Part shown: piece after piece, positions 50,701 to 64,000 of the stretch
Position numbering within the stretch: the stretch's first letter is position 1
Layout of the letters: each line of letters starts with the position of its first letter
Source of the DNA: Azolla caroliniana
Taxonomy: Eukaryota; Plantae; Polypodiophyta
Direction of reading: 5' to 3'
Length of the DNA: 64,000 nucleotides
Assembly (NCBI GenBank): GCA_043228905.1
Contig: JBHGNT010000005.1
Coordinates: 24,862,001-24,926,000 of the forward strand
Made by a program: the position numbers and the translations under genes
The notes under the pieces: generated by a model
What the model was told of the DNA's origin: nothing
Seen by the model: only the letters and a program-made list of their open reading frames with translations
Database searches by the model: none

Positions 50701-53700
50701 GGGAAAAGTTGTTGAAGAATACAACCACACAAGCTCATCCACAAAGAACAATCACAACTTTCTTTAGCCCCATCACTCCTACTAATCCTACAAGTCCATA
50801 ACAAATGGGCTCTAGACCAGGACATAACAAAGGGGTTACAATTGATCTGGCAATAGCAATTTGCCGTGCACGTAGGTCCTGCCCCCATGGACCAGTGTCA
50901 TCGACAGATAAAAAGCCATTATCTCCCGCCATCGTAGGTGCTTCCCTCGCTTCGGAGACATTTCTATTTTGGATCGACCTATGCTAGAGATCTTTCGAAG
51001 AAAAAAGCTACAATATACCTAATTTGAGAATCTCACATGTGCCAAAAACCAGATTCCCTCGTTTCTTCTCTTTTCATCTTATTTACTTTTATATTTATTG
51101 TGTAGTATTTATTTTATTTTGATTTGTTCTCAAAGACGAGACAACACTCAAGATGTAATCTCTTATTTGGTCTTATAGGCCATATTGGCCTCTTAAAAGA
51201 CGTAAATATATTCTTTCTTTCTTTCTTTGTGTGAAAAATAACGGCCTGCTGGCCTGCCTACGATGATCGTTAAGACATTTTCTACGAGAACATAAGGTTC
51301 TTCATTCAAAACAGAAGAATTTTTTGACCGACGGAATTTTGTGCATGTGTTAAATCAAGTAGTTGAGTTAGAGCTCTTTCATGCTTGAATAATGTTGATG
51401 TTGAATTCACTTTCTATTTGACATTTTTCAGCTATCTTTTCCACATACTCCTACAGTCACTAGAACTGCGAGACCTGCATGAGGAATGTTGCGAGATTAT
51501 TGGAGATATTCTAAATATACTATCTACTTTGCCAAAAGAAGTATCATCTGAAGTTCTTGGACCCCAATTGCAGGTTCCCAAATTCAAATATATCATTTAT
51601 ATGCCATAAAATTTATAAGCTGTAAATTTTCCTATTTTTAGTAAGTGCATGCATTAATTTTAATGACGTCTTGTTATTTTGTGACAAAATTTGCAGCTTG
51701 TTGTATCACATCTCGTTTCAATCTGTATAGCACTCTTTGAAAAAGATGGTATAATTGATGTAACAAGTTCGCCTGTTTATGCTTTACTAGAGCGAGTAAC
51801 AATTCATGGAGATTCTTCTACCCATGGATACATAAAGGCAAGTGGACGTATCCTATCACCACTGTCAATGATTTCTGTGAAGATTAGTAATAGACGGGAT
51901 GGTTGGTATCTCCTTTGTACTATAGGATGCCACCTGAAAGTCCTCCCAGGCTTCAGATTTGTTCTTCTGGTAATTCAAGTACAATTTTATGATTGAGATC
52001 TATGTGGTATTTTGTGACATGTCCATATGTGTATCTAGATACTCGGCACTGACTCCTAACTACGGCTTATAGCTTGGGCAATGAGTGACAAGTCAATGAT
52101 ATTCTTGCAGTTAAGAAGCATCAAAGGATCTTCCAATAAAGACTCCTACAGTAGCTATAAGTTCATTAGTTGGATTATTACATTCCCGTTTTTGGAAATT
52201 TTGGTTTGAATAACGGATTCTTACTAATTTGCATTAAGAACATAGTGTTATTTTGTGGTGGAAGAACTTCATTTGACATGTGATATGATACGTACTCTAG
52301 AACTTCTATGCTGGATTTTGGTTTTCACCATTTGTTCTAATCATTTTGCTTGTAATTTAATAATGCATGTGTCTACAATTTTCATGCTATCACCCAAAGA
52401 TGGGAAGCATGTATAAATCTATAACATGTATTGTGTCTGTTTTGCCAATGACGTCAGTTGTCAGGTTTGATTGTGTAAGTTATATGTGGCAAGCAGTTTT
52501 GCCAAGAAATTGAATTATATTTTTCCTGTTGTGATATTAGCTTCTGAATATTTTTCAGGAACTTGCTCCCTTTCCTGAACTTCATTGTTTTGAAAGAATC
52601 CGTACCTTCCATTCAAGACTATGTGCTAAATTCAATGTAGTTTTTGACTTTGGGAAGGTATAGTTTAATCAATTTTATGCCATATTATTGAGTATTCAAG
52701 ACTCAATGCTGATTTCTGTTAAATGGTTTGCCATTGTTTCTAGTATGTGGTGAAGATATCTGAACTTCCTCATTCACTGCAGCTGAAGAGGTGCTTTCTT
52801 ACCTCAACAAAATAAAGGGGAGGAGATTAGTTAATTATGTAAAGTTGTTCTATAATGCTGTTCAAAGCAATCACACACTATTCTGAGTTGTAATTTTAAT
52901 AGGAATACAATTGTAGTTTGCTATTTTTATTTTTATTAATGCAATGGAAAGCTTTCTAAAGGAACTTTGAATTGAGATTTTCATCAAGAATTTATTTTGG
53001 TATGGTTTAGGAGACGAGACAACATTTTAAGATTAATCTTTGGTTGGTCTTATATGCCATTTTGGCTTCGTAGAAAGACTTCAATATTTCATTCACTTTA
53101 TAGGATATGGTATTTGTGTCAAGGTTGTCATATGGATCGATTTGTGCAGTTTGCAGAATCTGCATCGAGTGTACATGAACAATAAGGAGAGCTTTCTGGT
53201 GCAAGGTGGATGCTTCAACACATGGAATGACACTCAAAAGCAGGCCTTAGCACTCTTAAAATTTGTTAGACAATGTATAAGTTACAATATCAGTGATGTG
53301 ATAGATTTTGCAGGAGATTTTATTGCAAGGGTGATTCACTCAGCTGTGCTTATACGTTTTGAACTTTCCTGAAGGACATGCATAAATGAATCGCCATTAA
53401 CATTTTTCTCACCTTTTATGATCTCTAAACAATCTTGCAGATGGGAATAAAAGATCCACATGCAGTTGTGCTTGGATTACCAGAAAATAATGATTCTGTA
53501 CCTTTCGTTCACCTAGGAAACACATCATCCATGGGCACTGAACAAACTAATGGTGTCTCAGAAGATCTGTGTAAGATGATATTGCTTCAACTGAAAAATT
53601 ATCTTATCGATGAAGATGTTCTGGTGATTGAGCTTGCTGCTCAGACTCTGAAGGTGAATTGATATTTTCCTTAAACTATTCTTGAACTGAAAGATGATGA

Positions 53701-56700
53701 TAGGACAGGGCATAATCCTTATGTGCTGAGAGGTCATTGTTTCTCTCCATTGTGCTTTGTTGAAGGTCAGCATGTGTATATTGAGTCTTGTGTGTCTGTC
53801 TGATAATTAGTTTGCTCTCCTGGAAAGATAAGATACCACAAAATATTTAGCAGTGTATGCTGTTGGGATTGAGGCCGACTCATGCATGGAAAGATTTCTG
53901 GATTAACATTTTGTAATCCAATGTAGTGATTTCTGGAGAAATATTTCTGAGACCAGCTTGTATTTTAACTGAAGGATTTATTCAGGTTTAGCCCTACTAC
54001 AGAATCTGGAAGGTAAGAAAGAACAATGAGGAAACCTTGCTTTGTCATCTGGGAACTTGAACCATAACATTTCTTTGGACTATTTGTGATGACTTAAACT
54101 GGCACATCTCATGGTTTATATCCTCACTAAGCTCATAAATAAAATCTAATATGCAGGATGTGTTACTGAGCTCTGATAAGGCAAGATTTGATGATGAGCA
54201 CGCTTGAGAGTGTATCTATATCTCAAAATTTGCTACATGATTACATCGTACCCTGTCAGGAAAATTAATTTTCTGTATTTTGGTTTTCTTTTCAGCCAAC
54301 AAAGTATGTTATTTTTCAATACTAGTTATCAGGCCATGGCTGCCTGTGTCCATTGAATACTTCTATCATTCTTCTCTTGTCTCTGGCTTACTTGGACTTC
54401 TTCTATGTAGCCATACAATCATTACATATATCGAAGGTATTTAGTTCTAGATACTGGTTATTGGAAATGGTTTGGTTTGGTTCAGTTCGGTTTGGGAGTC
54501 TAAAACCCAAACCATTTAAAATTTTTGAAACTTCAACTGAACCAAACCTAGCCATGAAACCTTTAAACAGTAACTGTTAAAACCAAACTGTTTGAGGGAT
54601 TTTATGGTCTTATGTTAACATATCTTTCATTCTGTCTCATAGGCCATTCTGGCCTCTTATGAAACATTAATATATTGCGCGTTCCTTCTTTTTGTACCTA
54701 GAAAACAGTTCAAACCCAGTTTCTGATCAATGTCAGGTTTAAGTCTGATTTCGATGTGGCCAGTTGGCGTCATGAAAGATTGGGTAAAAAAGCTGCAAGC
54801 ACTTGCTTTTTCTTCTAGAATAATTGTGGATATTTAATTATTTTGCTTTGCTGCCATACTGTCTCTCTCCTACCTCATGTACGCTGCAATGCAACAAGAG
54901 TATGTACTTACATGAGGGCAGTTTGATGCCAAAGCCTACTAGTTTTCATGTATTATTAAAAACAATTTTAAGAGACTACATTCACATCCTTTTATAGGGT
55001 AAATGACCTATAAGGCGCAACCTGATATTACATCTTAACATGTTTTCTCGTCTTTGAGAGAAACAAACCAGAATTAATATAACTAAATATAGGTTACTAT
55101 AGAATCTAGATATCTAAGAACGTAAGATTCTGAAATTAGAGAGGCAGAAACTTATGCCTTCGAAAATCTCCAGCATGGGTTGCTCCAATGTGGGAAGATC
55201 TCTGTAGTTTGAGGAAAGCAGCTACAGTGCTGGGTGATGCTGGCCTTAATTTGTTGAGGGTAAGGGTAATAGGACGTGGTCCAAATGGTTGTGGCTGACA
55301 TGCACAACGTATTGCTATAGTCTGATCTATTGTAAACTCATTCCAGTGTCTTGGAATGATGGAGTTGAAGAAAGTCGTGATTGTTTATGTGGGAAGATCT
55401 CTGTTGTTTGAGGAAAGCAGCTACAGTGCTGGGTGATGCTGGCCATAATTTGTCAAGGGTAAGGGTAATGGGACGTGGTCCAAATTGTTGTGGCTGACAT
55501 GCACAACGCATTGCTATAGTCTGATCTATTGTAAACTCATTCCAGGGTCTTGGAATAATGGAGTTGAAGAAAGTCGTGATTGTTTTGCTTATATTGTTCT
55601 TCAACAGTTTCTCTCTGTTGAAACAAATACAAGCACTTGCTTTTTCTTCTAGAATAATCGTGGATATAATACCTGATATTAAATCCATCCTCTGCTCTAT
55701 GTGAAAAGAGTGCCTTATAGAGGGTCATCTTTCTTCCAAGAGATGTTGTGTAGCTGATTCATGTTCTTTCATTTTCTAATTTAATGATATTGACTTGGAT
55801 CATTCCATTCTTTTTCACTATAGTTAGTTTTAATGTGGACATACTGGAATGAAGTTGGTGCAATTATAAGTATGCCATTAAACTGGAACCATTCTTGCAT
55901 TTCAGCATACCAATACTGATTATCTCCATTTTTAGCCCTGTTTGGCGACATAAGTGCTGGTCTTGAGTACCTTTGCTTAGTGGGTTCCCAAATTCGTTGG
56001 ACACTGGTTACTGGTTGTATAATGTCTTGGTCAAAATTGGGCAATCATTTAGACTAAAAGCCTCTCCAAATCTGTCTTGTCTTGGTTCCCAAATTTCTAC
56101 TTCATAGAGAAGATTTGGTGTTACAAGTGTATGAAACCACCACAATCTAGTTTGTGGTTCTTGGAACTGGATATTTGCATATTGTCTTCTGAGGGCACTG
56201 AATGTAATAAGAAGGGTTATGTCGAAGTCAGTTTTTAAGCCCTTGCTGTACTGCACACAACACACAACTGTCGAAGACACTGCCATTGACGAAGAGAAGG
56301 GAGAAGGCTAAGCAAAGAACAAGGACAAGAAGGGAGAAGGCGAAGCTTACTCTAGTGCATGCTGCATATCCACGAGACTGCTAAGCACAGGCAGCGTCCT
56401 GTAGTGAGAACCGAGGCCCTGTGAATGCTACTCCTATATACGTGTAGGATAATGTGTATGCCATATTTTCGTCTCCCATGAAGAATTTCTGTTCTAATCT
56501 CGTTACCCAATGTCAGTGGTGTAAAACCTCACTTTAGTTATATCAATGTTGACCGACAAATCGTCATCTGTAAAAAATGACTTTGTAGTTGCTCCAGAGA
56601 GTCTGAGATGAACACAATATCATCGGCATATAGTAGTATCGGTATAGCTACCCTGCATATGCAATTTCCTAAATCACCCGATCTCTTTATTTAATTAGAT

Positions 56701-57569
56701 CTCTCATCTATGTAAAGATGGCAGAAAGAGGGTGACGGTGGGCATCCTTGTTTACTCCAATTGTGCTCACGACGGTGTTCAAAAACTCAATAGGAGTGCA
56801 CAATTTTCTTGACAATAACTCATACATTTTTTTAGCTCAATCTTCTATCAGAAATATAGGTGGTAAATGAGGACATTATTTTCCTTCTGTATATGGCCTT
56901 GATAGTTTTTCCTCCATCAGTCAAGGCTACTGTTCTTGTTGTGCAGGGATTGCTGTCAACTGATAAGGGTCATAAAGTGCTGAACAGCATGGAAGCAAAA
57001 GATGCAACATTCATAGATGTAAGTTCGTTCTTATATTTTAATTGGGGAAAGTATGGTCCAAATATCAACTTTTAAGGCCACAGCCTTAATCTCTTAAATA
57101 ATATCATATAATTACTTCATACTCATTGTAAATAATGTCCTAACCAGAACATTGAAATAATCGGTTAACCAGTATGTTGTATTCACAGATTTTCTCAAGA
57201 GGAGTTAATCATAATACAGTGGAGAACATGTTAACTTTAATGAGAGCTGAATCAACTAGTAAGTGTAGGATGCATTTCTTGTTTATACATTTTTGACATG
57301 CCAATTGAAATTCCTTAATATTTATGTTCACATAGATTTTTTTTTTTGAGAGATGGTATCGGTCTGATTGGTGACTGCAGTTTCTTTTGGTGGAGTGAAG
57401 CTTGTACATTTTAATATAAAACTGCTAAAACGTCTTCTTGTTTCTCTGCAGAAAAATCAATTCCATTGGAGAATGATATCCTCTGGGATGTATCACATCA
57501 ATGCTACGATGAATGGGTTTGTTCGTTGGTATACTGTCTAATGCATTATTGTGAAGATACGATATTAAG
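35731..57569 (+). CDS. ATM: Serine/threonine kinase ATM, 5' multi-exon portion (FAT/PI3K/FATC domains lie beyond the window)
   Basis: Exon 35731-35799 MATVEEVGVIISKILSDKSKLRE plus exon 36153-36261 EGVKELL form the TAN motif. Exon 37440-37583 reads TWPGIVRAL..SKKRAPKPIFSKALRNVIQ. Later exons include LHDVDYRVR, CCPWLLPSLL, FRADRVF, ELAPFPE and exon 57452-57569 LWD..YDEWVCSLVY..CEDTILR, all resembling plant ATM. Many short GT-AG exons. Confidence 0.9.
44797..45222. repeat. ~175-bp direct duplication with a scrambled spacer, in an ATM intron
   Basis: 44797-44971 is repeated at 45047-45222; the spacer is built from pieces of the unit. Confidence 0.85.
46010..46730. mobile_element. Non-autonomous hAT-type MITE (second family) in an ATM intron
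   Basis: 12-bp TIR CATAGATTGACA, perfect 8-bp TSD GATGGAAT (46002-46009 / 46731-46738) and an AT-rich interior. Confidence 0.9.
49130..51230 (+). mobile_element. 5'-truncated LINE (RT 3' half + 3' UTR) preceded by a second 3'-UTR fragment
   Basis: ILLYADDIV, YTYLG, LFDTLVTP, HLQIEVGRY..RICQLC..ESEEY; (TTCT)n tail at ~51211-51228. 49130-49405 is another copy of the 3' UTR. Confidence 0.88.
53005..53095 (+). mobile_element. Short LINE 3'-terminal fragment
   Basis: GACGAGACAACA...AAGATTAATC...GGTCTTATATGCCATTTTGGC matches the family 3' end. Confidence 0.6.
54970..56830 (-). mobile_element. Degenerate LINE copy (minus strand) with an internal ~200-bp duplication
   Basis: Minus-strand PILLYADDIVFIS (~56620), IQFQEPQTRLW and WYAEMQEWF; 3' end near 54990; 55190-55385 is repeated at 55389-55585. 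Confidence 0.75.
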
Positions 57570-57884
57570 GTGTGTGCATTTTATGTTCTAATTGATCAGA
57601 TTGTAAATTGTCTAATTCCTTTTTTGAATCTAAACCTCAAAATGAAGGATTTTTGTTGAAACATCTTCTGGTTTTGTTGAACTATTTTAAGCCTCGGGTT
57701 TTACGTTAATGTGACTATGCTGAGGTAGCAACTTGCCCTAAGTGACTATTGGGCTGGTGTGTACACATTTTTCCATCTCTTTTGATTTTCGGAATTCTGG
57801 CTTCTAACATTTGAACCAGCCTAAACCTTCATTAAAACACAATTTTTTTCTTCCAATCCTTGAGCCCTTTTTCATATTTACCGA

Positions 57885-58650
57885 GTAATATTTATTTTAT
57901 TTTGATTTGCTGTTCTCGAAGAAGAGACAACACTTAAGATGTAATCACTTGTTTGGTTTGTATAGGCAATTTTGGCCTCTTAAAAGACGTTACTATATCT
58001 TTGTTTCTTTCTTTCCTCTTAAAATTCTATTTGCTGGTACTGAAACAGATGTGCTGTGTGCACCTTCTTATAATCTGTTTTCTGGAAGTTTCCATCTCAT
58101 TTAGCAGCTTGTTACTTTGTAGTTCTAAAGTTAGTGTTCGAGTTTGTTTGTCCTCGCTTAAAACCTTGTCTATCTCTACTGTCCCAATCTTTTGACTAAA
58201 GAAAGTTCTGATTGTTCTTTGTTGACGAGCTTGTGTGGCTGTATTGTTGTCCTTCAACAACTTCTTCCTGTTTCTCTTGCAATTTGTCGTGCACGTAGGC
58301 CATGGCCCCATGGATCATGACCTCAGCACCCTTGTCATCGACAGATAAAGGCCATTATCTCCCACCATCGGATGTGCTTCCCTCACTTCGGAGACCTCTC
58401 CATTCTGCATCGACCTATACCAGAGATCTTTCGAATACAAAAGTTACAATATATCTAACTTGAGAATCTCACATGTGCCGAAAACCAGATTTCCTCGTCT
58501 GTTTTTATCTTATTTACTTTTATATTTACTGAGTAATACTTATTTTATTTTACTTTGTTGTTCTCAAAGATGAGACAACACTTGCGATGTAATCTCTTGT
58601 TTGGTCTTATAGGCCATTTTGGCCTCTTAAAAGATGTTAATATATCTTTT
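57885..58650 (+). mobile_element. Cluster of LINE 3' fragments (plus, inverted, plus)
   Basis: 3' UTR copies at 57885-58020 and 58279-58650, with an inverted ORF2-end segment at ~58195-58280. Confidence 0.75.
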
Positions 58651-58686
58651 GCTAGTCCAAGAATTACGATGCATGGGCCTGAATTT

Positions 58687-61600
58687 TGTAAAGAATCTAA
58701 CTCTAGTAGAGTTTAGTATTCAGAAGCGTAGTGTGTGTGTGCGAGAGAGAGAGAGAGAGAGTGAATGTATAAGCAAGAGAAGGAATTACAGAGAATAACC
58801 AGAAAAATAAGAAAACACACAGTAGGGGGATGACAGCTTATGCACTTAAGAGAGCTATATTAATTATCTAAAGATCATCAACTAAACTAAATGGCCAAAG
58901 GGGGTTTTATATACAAGTCCTCAAGGGACTGCCCTATTAAATGTGTTGGTGGAATCTAACCAAGATATCCACTTGAGTACGATTTTGTCATAAGAATATC
59001 TAATATTCTTTGACCACACTAACACTCGACAACTACATGGATTACAATAAAGTGTGCTCACACACTTTTTCACACATCGCCCTTTTCTTCATAAGCACAT
59101 GTTCACACAAGTTGAGCTTGATTCTCAACACGCCCCCTTAAGGTCAATTGTGTGTCCTCTTAAGCTTGAGTGTCTTGGTGTAGTTGAAGACCCAACTGCA
59201 GTTGGTCGGACTACTAGACCGTGGTTTTCCCATTGTTCCTATGTACTCAATCTTGATCTAGCAATGTCGATCTTGCCAATCCAAAATTTCGAGCTTCAAA
59301 AATTCCGGGCTTTGGAAAGTCTTCCTCTAACTTGCTGGGTCAAGTCGATTAGATGTGCCGGCCTTACTTTGCCGATGCTGGTCTCACTCTTCCTCTTGTA
59401 TCGTGCTGATTCTCCATGTTTTCCTTTGTCTTTGTACTTTTACTCTCCCCCAAGCACAACATATCGAGTGGTCTAAGGCCTAGATCCATTGAGAATTGTC
59501 GTAGCTTGTCGAGACCTAGCGCCTTAGTGAAAATATCAGCCACTTGCATGTTGGTGCCAACGTATTGGAGGTCAATGTCACCGGCCAATATGCACTCACG
59601 GATGTAATGATAGTGCACCTCGATGTGCTTAGTCCGGGCGTGAAACACCGGATTCTTTGCAAGCTGGATGCTGTTGAGATTATCGCAGTGGATCAGTATT
59701 GGCTTGTTCACCAATTCGTTGAAGTTTTTCAGCAGTCTTTTAAGCCATACAGCTTTGCAAGCAGCTATAGTTGCAGCCCTATACTCTGCCTCAGTGCTCG
59801 ATAGAGCGACTGTTGGTTATTTCTTGCTGCTCCAAGAGATTGCTCCACTACCGAGTGAAAACATAAATCCCGAAGTGGATCGCCTATAAGATGCATTGCC
59901 CGCCCAATCAGTATCCGTGAAGCCTTCAAGTTGAAGTGGTGCTCCACGTTTATAGAAGATACCATAATCAAGTGTTCCACTAATATAACGTAACACTCGC
60001 TTAGCACAATCGATGTGAGCGTTGCGGGGGGTTTCCATGAACTGGCTAAGAACCCCGACCGGATAGCTGAGGTCTGGTCGGGTGATAGTTAAGTAGATAA
60101 GATTCCCAATTATTTGGTGATATTGTGTCGGCTCACAAAATTTTCCAGAATTTGCTGTTAGCTTCATATTTCGATCAAGGGGTGTTGAGATGGACTTACA
60201 CTCGGTCATTCCGAACTTGTAAAGCAAATTCAACACATAGTGTCGTTGTGAGAGTAGGAACCTTCTGGAGTTTGAATGATCTCGATGCCAAGAAAATAAT
60301 GTAAGTCATTCAGATCTTTCATGTTGAACTTCTGCAAAAGCAGCTTTTTAATCTTTTGTGTCTCGGTGAGGCTTTCTCCACCAATGACAAAGTCATCGAC
60401 ATACAAGATTAAGAAGATGGGGCTTTTGGGATTGTTCTGAACATACAACGAGTTATCAGATTTTGACATCTGGAAGCCAATGTTGTGAAGATATGATGTG
60501 ATGTTTGAATGCCATGCTCTTGGGGCTTGCTTCAGTCCATAGAGCGGCTTCTTCAATCGGCAAACTGCATGTGGATGTTTGTTTGATTCGAAGCCAGGTG
60601 GTTGCATCATGTAAACTTCCTCCTCGAGCTCACCTTGGAGGAATGCGTTCTTCACATCCATTTGATGCAAGTGCCATCCTTTCGCTGCTGCGAGAGCAAT
60701 TACTGTCCTCCCAGTGGTCATTTTTGCCACCGGGGCAAATGTCTCCTCATAGTCTATGCCATGGGTTTGAGCATACCCTTTGGCGACTAGTCGAGCCTTG
60801 AACCGATTGACTGTGCCATACGTATTATGCTTTATCTTGAACACCCAGCGGCAACCAATTGGCTTTTTCTTGATTTCAGAGGATGGGACTAAATCCCAAG
60901 TATCGTTGTCAAACAACGCGCGCATCTCCTCCCTCATTGCCTCGATCCACCGGGGATCTTGGGTAGCTTCTTTGTAAGTCTCGGGTTCTTGGTCTGCTGC
61001 GACCTTCATCATGAATGCATAGTGGTGGGCCATGTACTCATTGTACCCGAACCTAACTATCGGGCTCTTTTGTCGGTTCGATTGACGGAGTTTTCCTTTG
61101 GTCATTTCCGGGGCCTTCTTCATTTCATACTTGCTGTGGACTGATCGGGGTGAATGATCTGAGTCTTCACTGGATGTCATGTCCTTGGCCTCTTGCTCAG
61201 GCATCTTGCCCTTTTCTTTCTTTCTACGGGTGTAGCACAAAGGTGATAGCACATCAGAGGTTTCTTCATGCTGTGCAAGACTCTGATTGCTGGATGACAC
61301 CTCAGGTCCAATCAGCTGGAGTGTGGGTAGACTCTCTGCTGGTTCTCCACCCATAATGGTCGTTAGCATCTCTTCTTCTTCACTCTGAGAATCTGCTCCA
61401 GATCTGCTTGTTTCGAGCACGGTGGGGGTCACTGATGTTGGGCCATACCATGATGTCACCTCATCAAATACCACATCTCGGCTTACTCGTGACTGTCGAG
61501 TGATGGGGTTAAAACACTTGTAACCCTTTTGCTCAAGTGAGTAACCAACGAGGATCATCTTCTCTGATTTTGGGTCAAGCTTTCTCCGCTTCTCATCGGG

Positions 61601-64000
61601 GACATGCACAAATGAAATGCTGCCAAAAACCTTCAAGTGCGAAAGGTCTGGCTTTGTCCCAAAATACTTCTCGTGAGGGGTGATGTCATGGACACCCTCG
61701 GTTGTGTACCTATTGATGAGATACACAGCCGCAACTGCTGCCTCTGCCCAATAGATCTTGGGCATGTTCTTCTCATGCAACATGGTGCGGGCCATCTCAA
61801 GAATTGTACGATTCTTCCGCTCAGCAACACCGTTTTGCTGCGGTGTGTAGGGGCAAGAGAATTCCCGGCGAATCCCCTTCTCTTCTAGAAAGGCCTTGAA
61901 CTTGGTTGAGAAGTATTCTTGGCCACCATCAGACCGTAAGCATCGAATCTTGCGATTCGTCTCATTTTCCACGCAATTCTTTAACTTGAGAAAGTGGGAG
62001 AAGAACTCACTTTTCGACTTCATCGGGCATATCCAGGTATGCCGCGAATAGTCGTCAATGAAGGTAACGAAGTACCTACACCCACCGATTGTCGTTGTTT
62101 GAGCTGGGCCCCATACATCTGAGTGGATGACGTCCAACAAGCCTTTACTCACATTTCTTTCGCTTAGGAATGGATGCCTATGTTGCTTGCCTAGTTGGCA
62201 CGCCTCACATACATTATCAGGATGTTTCGAAGTAAATTGTGGCAATCCGTGCACAGCCCCTTTTGTTTGCATTGATCGGAGTTTACCAAGGTTTACATGG
62301 GCAACCCTTTTGTGCCACAACTCAATATCAGATTCAGCCTTGAGTCCCTTTGCATACATTGCTGTGTTCACCTCTGTTGCATCAAGAATAAACATGCAAC
62401 CTTCTCTTCTTGCATGAGCGATAAGTTGGCCTTTATCCTTGATGAAGCAACCTTCCTGGTTGAATCACACTTGCATTCCTTGTTCGACAATTTGGCCAAC
62501 TGAGACCAAATTCTTTGTGATTGTCGGGACATGCAATACATCCTTCATGTAGCCCTTGTTGTCGTGATTGTTAAGGGCCACATCTCCAATGTGCTCAATC
62601 ATGTGTGTGGAGTCATCACCGGTCTCCACCACGCCGGGTCTCTCGGGTTCCCTCAAATTCATGAACCATTCTTGATAACTTGTCATGTGATTTGAGGCAC
62701 CTGAGTCCGCGAACCATACATCATCAGGTTGGGAAACACTTGTTATCATGCTATTCGCCCGGTGTCGCATAACAAACATCGGCGCTTTGTTTTCTAGGTC
62801 AGTCATCACAGCATAGTTTGTTTGCTGCCGGGGTGAGGCAGCTGAGTCATTCTTCTTCTTCCGACACTCGGCTTCAAAGTGGCCAGGCTTTCCACAATAC
62901 CAGCACTCGGTTTGCTGGTTCTGCCTGGTTGATGCAGGCTGGTGGAAGCTCCCCTTTCTACCGGAATTCCCTCGGCTGTTTCGACCTTCTTGCTGCTTGG
63001 GATTAAACTGTTGTGGACCTCGTCCACCTCTTCCTTGGCCATTCCTTCCCCAATTTCCACGACCACGACCGTGACTTCGACTAAGATCATCATGTGTATA
63101 TAGCATCTGCCCATCAGAGGCTGTGCTTTTCCACCGTGTATGGTTCTCCTCAACCATTAGCATGGATTGCAAGTCGAAAAAGCTTGGGGGGTTCTCCCTT
63201 GTTGTTATGGCAGTTCGAAATGAGCCATATTTTTGTGCAAGGCCGCCAAGACAGATATGCACCATCTCGTCATTATCAACTGCGACATTGATGGAGCCAA
63301 GTGAATCGCATAAGTCTTTGATCCGGAGGGTATAGTCCGTCACAGACATATCCCCCTGCTGAATATTGTTCAACTCTTGCCGGAGTTGAAGTTTTCTCGC
63401 TGTGGTTGAAGCCGCGAAAATCTTCTTCAAGTTTTTCCACGCTTCTGTTGGGGCTTTCGCATCTCGAATATAGCTTAACATGTGATCTTGCACACATGTT
63501 GCCAAACAATACATTACTCTACTGGCGCCTTGTTGCCATGTGGGGTAGTTGGGACTTGTAATATGGGGGGCCGTTTCCTGAGCTCCCTTGATATAACTCC
63601 AATACCCTTGCCCAACTAAGTACTGTTGCATCTTATATTCCCAAGATGCGTAGTTGTGCCTGTCCAACTTCTCTGTTGGAAGTGCGCTACCCATCTGTGC
63701 ATTCATTTTTCTGATTTAGCTTGATTCGTACGATCCTATTAAGGTGAGCCTCTTGCTGTGCAAAACTGTAGCGACGATAGCAGGTTTTAAAACAGCGTCT
63801 CTAGCTGCTCACACAGTTTCAATGGTAGAGCTTAGTGAAGGATCTCTAACCCTCACGCTCTGATACCATGTAAAGAATCTAACTCTAGTAGAGTTTAGTA
63901 TTCAGAAGCGTAGTGTGTGTGTGTGAGAGAGAGAGAGAGTGAATGTATAAGCAAGAGAAGGAATTACAGAGAATAACCAGAAAAATAAGAAAACACACAG
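58687..64000 (-). mobile_element. Ty1/copia LTR retrotransposon in an ATM intron (5' LTR runs off the window)
   Basis: 3' LTR 58687-59130; PPT AAGGGGGCG; 5' LTR from 63869; PBS TGGTATCAGAGC (tRNA-iMet) at 63857-63868; domain order gag-PR-IN-RT-RH. Confidence 0.95.
59420..63706 (-). pseudogene. Copia gag-pol polyprotein with stops and frameshifts
   Basis: CWYCGKPGHFEAEC, WFADSGASNHM, LWHKRVAH, HSDVWGP, LRSDGGQEY, QQNGVAERKN, YVDDF, TKHIEVHYH, VADIFTKAL. Stops at 62465 and 59817; frameshift near 60236. Confidence 0.92.

Noticed and set aside
50915-51000. Possible HDV-like ribozyme (CTTCCCTCGC) in the LINE 3' UTR
   Set aside because: I could not build the nested double pseudoknot by eye, and such ribozymes are normally 5'-located.

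Overview
Eukaryotic land-plant DNA, probably from a non-seed plant such as a fern or lycophyte (inferred from the TE types). The left ~25 kb is a deeply nested transposon stack. It contains the 3' end of a chromovirus, a degenerate LINE with a tRNA-like head, and two tail-to-tail non-autonomous tRNA-Ala-primed LTR elements. It also holds a young intact Tcn1/Tf1-like self-priming chromovirus and a hAT transposon carrying a PPR fragment; the hAT itself contains a young deleted gypsy element with a solo LTR inside it. The right part has two head-to-head host genes: an RF298/PIR2-like RING E3 ligase (-) and the 5' part of ATM (+). ATM introns carry a hAT MITE, many LINE fragments and a Ty1/copia element that runs off the window. 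The most notable unexplained signal is tRNA-derived Pol III A/B-box modules in three different retroelements: antisense in the U3 of two LTR families and at the 5' end of the LINE.
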